Assembly (NCBI GenBank): GCA_965603825.1
Contig: CBFDEM010000062.1
Location: forward strand, 186,001-250,000
Origin: Blepharisma stoltei ATCC 30299
Lineage: Eukaryota; Protista; Ciliophora
Reading direction: 5' to 3'
Length of the DNA: 64,000 nt
Shown here one piece after another: positions 58,477 to 64,000 of this stretch. Both the position numbers and the translations under genes were made by a program. Position 1 is the first letter of the stretch. Every line of letters starts with the position of its first letter. Under the pieces are notes generated by a model. The model had not been told where the DNA came from and ran no database searches. It saw nothing but the letters and a program-made list of their open reading frames with translations.

Positions 58477-59670
58477 ATGGAGACAGAAGAACAAGTAGCA
58501 AAAGGACTCACAAATGCCAGCGTAGTAAGCAAGTACAGAGAAGCCGCAAACATAGTAAACCGTGCTCTCCAAGCTTTAGTCCCTCAATGCCAAGCAGGCG
58601 CTGACATTTCCACACTTTGCTCCAATGGAGATCAGCTAATTGAACAAGGCCTCGCTACAGTTTTCACAAGCGCTCCAATTGAAAAAGGAATTGCCATCCC
58701 TACTTGTATTTCAGTAAACAACGTGTGTGCTCATTATAGCCCTCTTCCAGAAGAGTCATCTACTCTTCAGCCTGGAGATTTGATTAAAATTGAATTAGGT
58801 GCACATATTGATGGGTATATCGCGAATGCAGCTACTTCTTTAGTGGTAGGAGCCTCTGCAGAGACCCCGATTACTGGAAACAAAGCTGATGTTGTATTGG
58901 CTGCATATAATGCAATCCAAGCTGCACTTAGACTGATTAAGCCAGGAAGCTCAAACCTTGAAGTCACTGAAGTTTTCAACAAAATTGCAGCTGATTACCA
59001 ATGCAATGTGCTTGAAGGAGTTCTCTCACATGAGATCAAGCAGCATGTAATTGATGGAAACCATGTGATCATTGGAAAGGAGAGCTTTGACCAGCATGTA
59101 GAAGAGTTCAAGTTTGGAGCTAATGAGGCGTACATTATTGATATTTTTATATCAACTGGTGAAGGAAAGCCAAAAGAAGCTGAGACAAGAACCACAGTTT
59201 TCCAAAGAGCATTAGATATGACTTACAATTTGAAGCTTAAAAGCTCAAGAAACTTTTTGACTGAAGTAAACAGAAGGTTCCCAACCTTGCTTTTCTCTCT
59301 AAGATCCTTTGCAGACCAGAGAAACGCTAGAGTCGGAGTGTCTGAGTGTTTGAATCACAATATGCTTTATAGTTTTCCAGTTATTACTGAGAAGCCAGGC
59401 GATTTAGTTGCACAGTTCAAAGTCACAGTTTTGATTCTTGAAACAGGGACAATTGTAATTACACCTCTCATTTTCAACCCAGAGCTCTGCCAAACTGAAA
59501 AAACAGTTACTGATGAAGCAGTCAAAGCTTTGTTAGCAACTCAGATGGCAACTGTTGCGGTGGCTAAGCCAAAGAAAGCGAAAAAGAACAAGAAAAAGAA
59601 AAAAGCAGCAGCTCAAGAGGGAGAAAGCAAGGAAGAAGAAAACAAAGCAGAGGAAACTAAGGCAGAGTAA
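58477..59670 (+). CDS. PA2G4: Proliferation-associated protein 2G4 / EBP1 (MetAP fold)
   Basis: KGIAIPTCISVNNVCAHYSP, IELGAHIDG, YNLKLKSSR, Lys-rich C-terminus. Confidence 0.93.
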   Translation: METEEQVAKGLTNASVVSKYREAANIVNRALQALVPQCQAGADISTLCSNGDQLIEQGLATVFTSAPIEKGIAIPTCISVNNVCAHYSPLPEESSTLQPGDLIKIELGAHIDGYIANAATSLVVGASAETPITGNKADVVLAAYNAIQAALRLIKPGSSNLEVTEVFNKIAADYQCNVLEGVLSHEIKQHVIDGNHVIIGKESFDQHVEEFKFGANEAYIIDIFISTGEGKPKEAETRTTVFQRALDMTYNLKLKSSRNFLTEVNRRFPTLLFSLRSFADQRNARVGVSECLNHNMLYSFPVITEKPGDLVAQFKVTVLILETGTIVITPLIFNPELCQTEKTVTDEAVKALLATQMATVAVAKPKKAKKNKKKKKAAAQEGESKEEENKAEETKAE

Positions 59671-59705
59671 CTAATTAGCAGTTAGACATAAATATAGAAA
59701 TTAAT

Positions 59706-60833
59706 TTATTGAAGCTTACAGGCAGTTTCGAGATCTGGCACATATGCGGAATTTAAAATTTCATAAAATTCATCCACAGGGCAGTAAATATTTGAGCAAC
59801 TTGGAATTTCTGTTAAAACATCGTTGTAAATTAGGCCCACAGTAGCATTTTGATACGCTTCAAATACTAAAGTTGATGCAAATGGCGGATTATAATCTTG
59901 AGCAAGATCTAAGCAGGAGAGAAACGCAGCAAGAGTTGTATCATGAGCTGAATAATAAGCAAACTTTAAATCCCCTCCATTAAAGGCTTGCTTTATGTTT
60001 CCTATTAATTCCTGGAAAAAAGCTGAGCATGATAAATTTCGAGCTTCAGCGTCGCTGAATGGGACATAAAATTTCGAGAATCCATGAATTTGTGCAAGCT
60101 GCTCAAAAAGTGTTTCATTCATGCCTGTTTTCCATGGATTTCCATTGTATAAATCACATTCAAGTGCTGTATGTATGTTTGAGGCAGACGAAATCGTAGA
60201 GATTTTGACTCCTAGCACTTCTGAAATAGTTTTTAATATACCATTAGCCCAGTATTGTTGATTATTTAGGTATACTGTTGAATTTTTCAATGTTGCACTT
60301 ATTTGGGAGATTCTTGCACAAGAATCTGAGTCATAGCCATGCAAAACGTGGTCTTTCGGGCCTTGTATAACATTAATTGGAATAACTTGCATACTATTTG
60401 TAAGTGCAGCCTTGCCTAAGGCATTTTGAATAGAAGCAGTATAGGCGCTAATATTCATAGGAGGTGCTGTATTCAGCAATGTTACGTTTGGCCCTGTCCC
60501 TAATGGGTAAAGGCCAAGCATCTGGCTTCAAGCACTCATGATTGTCCTGTCTGACGAAGTGGCTTGAACATATATTTCACTTGAGTTATATATTTCGCTC
60601 AGCAGAGGGGTAACTTGAGTATATCTTCTCCGGAATTCGTGGCCTATCAAATAATGCTGCCTCATTCCTGTAGGGGTGAGCTCTCCAAGCAAATTCGGGT
60701 CTCAGAAAGCTATATCGAAAGGATATAATTTGGTAGGAGCTCGTGCACCATGTCGTGATATTTCAGTAACAAAAATAGCATTTCCAATTGTGAATTCAAG
60801 CAAAAATATCAGCCAAATCATAAAATGCAACAT
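59706..60833 (-). CDS. Histidine acid phosphatase (secreted/lysosomal type), ~375 aa
   Basis: Signal peptide, SRHGARAP, GELTPTGMRQHYLIG, SAHDTT, PPFAS; 2 TGA. Confidence 0.92.
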
Positions 60834-61092
60834 TTTTAAATTAATATGCTGAATTTTTAATAAATTCGAAAATGCTATTCTATCAGATATTGGATAAAGC
60901 AATGATTATTTGAAATTAGCAAGAAATGCTATTTTTAAAAAAAACGAGCCAAATTTTATTTTAAGACCATTGGGTCTTATTATTTAGCTTACAATTTTTA
61001 TAACTTTGTCTTATAAGCTCGAAATAATGATTTTCTAATTGATTTAATACAATATGCCAACCAACGCCAAATTTTAATAGTAAAATAAGAAA

Positions 61093-62883
61093 ATGATAAG
61101 GACTTTCCTGAGAAGATTATTTTCAGAGCGGTGCATAATCATTCATCCTGTTTCGCAACATCAGTAGCATTTATTTAGCCGTGGAGTAAAAGGTGAAATC
61201 GCTATGGCCGAGGAAGCAATTGGTCTTGCAAAGTCTCTTGGATGAAGCGTAGAAAGAGGCCCAAAAGCGCTCAACGAAGAAGTCCTATATCCTGACGCAA
61301 TTAATTTAACAGCTGAAGAAGTGGACGAAAATTCCCATGGCAGAAAGCTGAAATCCCGCAATAACTCTTATTCTACACACACAATTGAAGGAGAAAAGCT
61401 ACACAACTGAGATGATGTCGAAATTGCAGGCACAGGGATGAAAGGATACTACGTAAATGGTAGTTTTTATTGAGACCCAACTGAAGAGCACACAACGGAT
61501 GAAGAAGACTTTGTAGGGGACGAGTGAAAAGACGCGATAACTAGACATGAAATCGCTTCAACTTCTCTAGTCAGAGTAAGAAAGCCTAATAGTGCTTTGT
61601 TTTTTGGGACAGGAAAGGTGCGTGAAATTGGGCAGGTAATTGCAGAAAGAGGAGCTTCAGCAGTTTTTATTAACACGACACTAAGTCCTCTTCAGCATAG
61701 GAATCTTGATAAGTAAGCATTATATAGCAAGTGGAACCAGATATTAAAAGAAAATGATCCCGAAAAGAAAGTTATGATTGTAGATAGGATGTCAATTATT
61801 TTAAGGATTTTTGCAGAGAGGGCCAGGACTAAAATTGCAAAATTGCAGCTGGAGATGGCTTGGCTTAAATATGTGAAAACTAGACTGGTGAGAGGAGAAG
61901 GCAACACGATTTCAGGGCTTTTGTCAGCTTTTCAAGGGAAGTTTGGAACGTAATTTTAAAATAGAGGAGGGCTGCAAGAAATGGAAATTGTGAGTGCGAG
62001 AGGAAGAGGTGGCACAGGAAAAATGGGCGGTGAAGGAGAAAAACAGCTGGAAATGGAAAAGAGGCAAATTAATGACCGTGAAGCGAAATTGAGAGCTGAA
62101 ATTGATAGAGCACAAGATTTATTGGTAAAGAAAGGAAAGGAAGGGATTTTGAAAAACTATCCTACATTTGCTATAATTGGCTACACAAATGCTGGGAAAA
62201 CAGCACTTATGAATTTTTTGACAGGAGAAAATCTAATCAGTGAAGATTTATTGTTCCAAACTCTTAACACAACTGCTAGAAAGTTATCTTTGCCAAGTGG
62301 ACAGTCAGCAGTCCTGCTAGACACTGTTGGTTTCATAACGGATCTTCCCCATGACTTAGTTGAAGCATTTAAATCTACTCTAGAAGGAGTTCAAACAGCT
62401 GATGTTGTCCTTCATATCAGAGATATATCCCATCCATTTACAGAGCTGCAAAAAAAAGCTGTCTTCAAAGTCCTTAGTGACATAAATTACCCCCCTGAAA
62501 AGTTTTTTAAGCGATATATTGAGGTTTGGAATAAGGTAGATTTAATTGAAAAAGATATTAAAATAGAAGAAATTGATGAATCTCCATATCCAATTGTTGC
62601 TATTAGTGCAAAGTACGGAATAAATATTGATAAATTGTTAGAAGCTTGTGACGAAATAGGGATGAAAGTAATGGGAAGAAAGAAAATGACTTTGGCATTT
62701 CCAATCGAGGAGTTTTCTATGAGGATGGGATGGATTTCAGAGCAGCTCCACATCGCCATGCCGACTTATGAAGTAGAGGAAAAAAGAGGAAAAACTATTG
62801 CAAAAGTTGCAGTGTGCATGGACGATACTACTCACCAAAGATACATAGCTAATTTTGAGCACTATGAAAAAAAGAGAAGATAA
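61093..62883 (+). CDS. hflX: HflX-family GTPase (GTPBP6-like, probably mitochondrial), ~581 aa; introns 61164-61178, 61713-61727, 61950-61964
   Basis: MIRTFLRRLFS presequence-like start, FFGTGKV, VDRMSIILRIFAERARTKIAKLQLEMA, GYTNAGKT, FQTL, DTVGF, NKVD, ISAK. Confidence 0.9.
61164..61178 (+). other. 15-nt intron GTAGCATTTATTTAG
   Basis: GT..AG, in-frame TAG. Confidence 0.82.
61713..61727 (+). other. 15-nt intron GTAAGCATTATATAG
   Basis: GT..AG, in-frame TAA. Confidence 0.86.
61950..61964 (+). other. 15-nt intron GTAATTTTAAAATAG
   Basis: GT..AG, in-frame TAA. Confidence 0.84.
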
Positions 62884-62913
62884 TTATTTTAAATATTGGC
62901 TAACCAATAATAT

Positions 62914-64000
62914 TTACAAGCCGCGTGTTGCTCCTAAAATCAGCATTGCAGCCTTTCTGGCAGGAGGTTCTGATTTTCTTTTTTCGACTAATAATGTGTG
63001 TGATAGAAACTTTATTTTGCTTGCTGCCCTTAGGTTATTTTCTCTGATTTTTCTTTGGTCTTCTTCGATTTCTCATGATCTAATTAGATCGTTTGCAGAG
63101 CTATGGTCAGTTTCTAATGAATAAAGCTGATTAGGGCTGAACTTATTTAATGCCATTCCTCCAAAATACAAAATTCGTGTTCCTATCGTAGAAGCTGAGG
63201 CTCCCCATCTTGGGGACGGCGCATAGCCATACGGTTTTAACGTTTCTCACCTGCAGTTTGCAATATTTAATGCACAAATTTCATTGACTTCTCCTCCACA
63301 GCCATTTTTGAAGAGTGCATCATTTCTGCCTCCTATTATATACAAATAGTTTCCACATAGCACTGTGCAATGGCCACATCTTGGAATTGGCAAATTTCCT
63401 GATGGCTCTAGCTTGGTTCATTTTAAAGTGTTTAAAAAATCTCGACTGTATTTTAAAGGTTGGAGTATATATAAATCATTACATACAATACCACTCTTAT
63501 TCATTCCTCCAAAAAGGTATATTCCGCAATTCTTTTTGGAAAAGACCTCGTCGTGAATGCTGGGTAAATTAAAAATATCGTTTGAGTACTGCCTTAAAAC
63601 TGCAGGGTGATATACAGAAGTTAAGGTAAAAGAATGTCTCAGTCCAGGCTTTTCTGATGCTTTGTCAAGCTTTATTGAAAATCATTGCATAGATTCGAGA
63701 TTCAGCCCATGGAGGTCTGCTAAGGTTTTGCCATTGCTATCAATCCCACCATACATAATCATAGTGTTTCCTATTAGAGCTGCTCCATGGTTTCTTCTTG
63801 AATCAGGAAGTCTGCCTAAAGGCTTGTAACTTCTTCATTCAGAATTTACTGTATCGAACATATAAACCAGAGGAAAGCATCCTCTGATATGAAGAGTTGA
63901 ATTAAAGCCGCCTCCGCCTCCATAAACGACCAAAGAGTTTCTAAATCCAACTGCAGTATGTCCAACTCTCGGATCTGGGATTTCTTGCGCAGTATCTTGA
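62914..64000 (-). CDS. Kelch-repeat protein (5' end beyond window); missed by the ORF track because of TGA codons
   Basis: PDPRVGHTA..VVYGG, DSRRNHGA..IMYGG, YLFGG, PIPRCGH..YIIGG, PSPRWGAS..LYFGG; kelch Trp positions are TGA (e.g. 63835, 63418). Confidence 0.9.

Noticed and set aside
1123-63572. Many short antisense or alternative-frame ORFs in the track (e.g. 1670-2002, 16996-17496, 21090-21488, 37482-37757, 62855-63124)
   Set aside because: They are shadows of well-supported genes on the opposite strand or in another frame; Ser/Phe/Leu-rich with no motifs
1-64000. UGA as Cys (Euplotes-type), selenocysteine, or a Mycoplasma/mitochondrial origin
   Set aside because: TGA aligns with conserved Trp rather than Cys, and the genes are nuclear eukaryotic with spliceosomal introns
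1-64000. UAA/UAG=Gln or fully ambiguous stop codes of other ciliates
   Set aside because: No exonic internal TAA/TAG in thousands of codons; all internal ones fall within micro-introns

Overview
Gene-dense, AT-rich eukaryotic nuclear DNA, most consistent with the somatic (macronuclear) genome of a heterotrich ciliate such as Blepharisma (inference). Two properties explain why the supplied ORF track is fragmented. First, in-frame TGA codons sit at positions where Trp is conserved (kinase DIW, Myb W, WD40 'WD', VPS13, kelch), and every reconstructed gene ends in TAA or TAG, so UGA encodes Trp. Second, genes contain tiny 15-16 nt GT..AG spliceosomal introns; 15 were found, 14 with A at intron position 10. 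Re-reading the window with these rules gives 37 genes with mostly very short intergenic spacers. They include VPS13, a CDPK7-like kinase, a WD40 protein, a Myb protein, beta-alpha NAD(P) transhydrogenase, kinesin, APC2, EB1, a mitochondrial carrier, profilin, RagC/D, CEP19, a CDPK, a SNF1-like kinase, PA2G4, acid phosphatase, HflX and a kelch protein. The most interesting items are: a 1683-aa NLR-like protein with a duplicated (CHAT-like + STAND NTPase) module around TPRs; an intact DD34E Tc1/IS630 transposase gene without terminal inverted repeats; a FAR1/MULE-derived DNA-binding protein; an MDR-MORN fusion; a hidden 80-aa CX9C gene; a candidate structured ncRNA; and a recurrent intergenic GGCTA motif.
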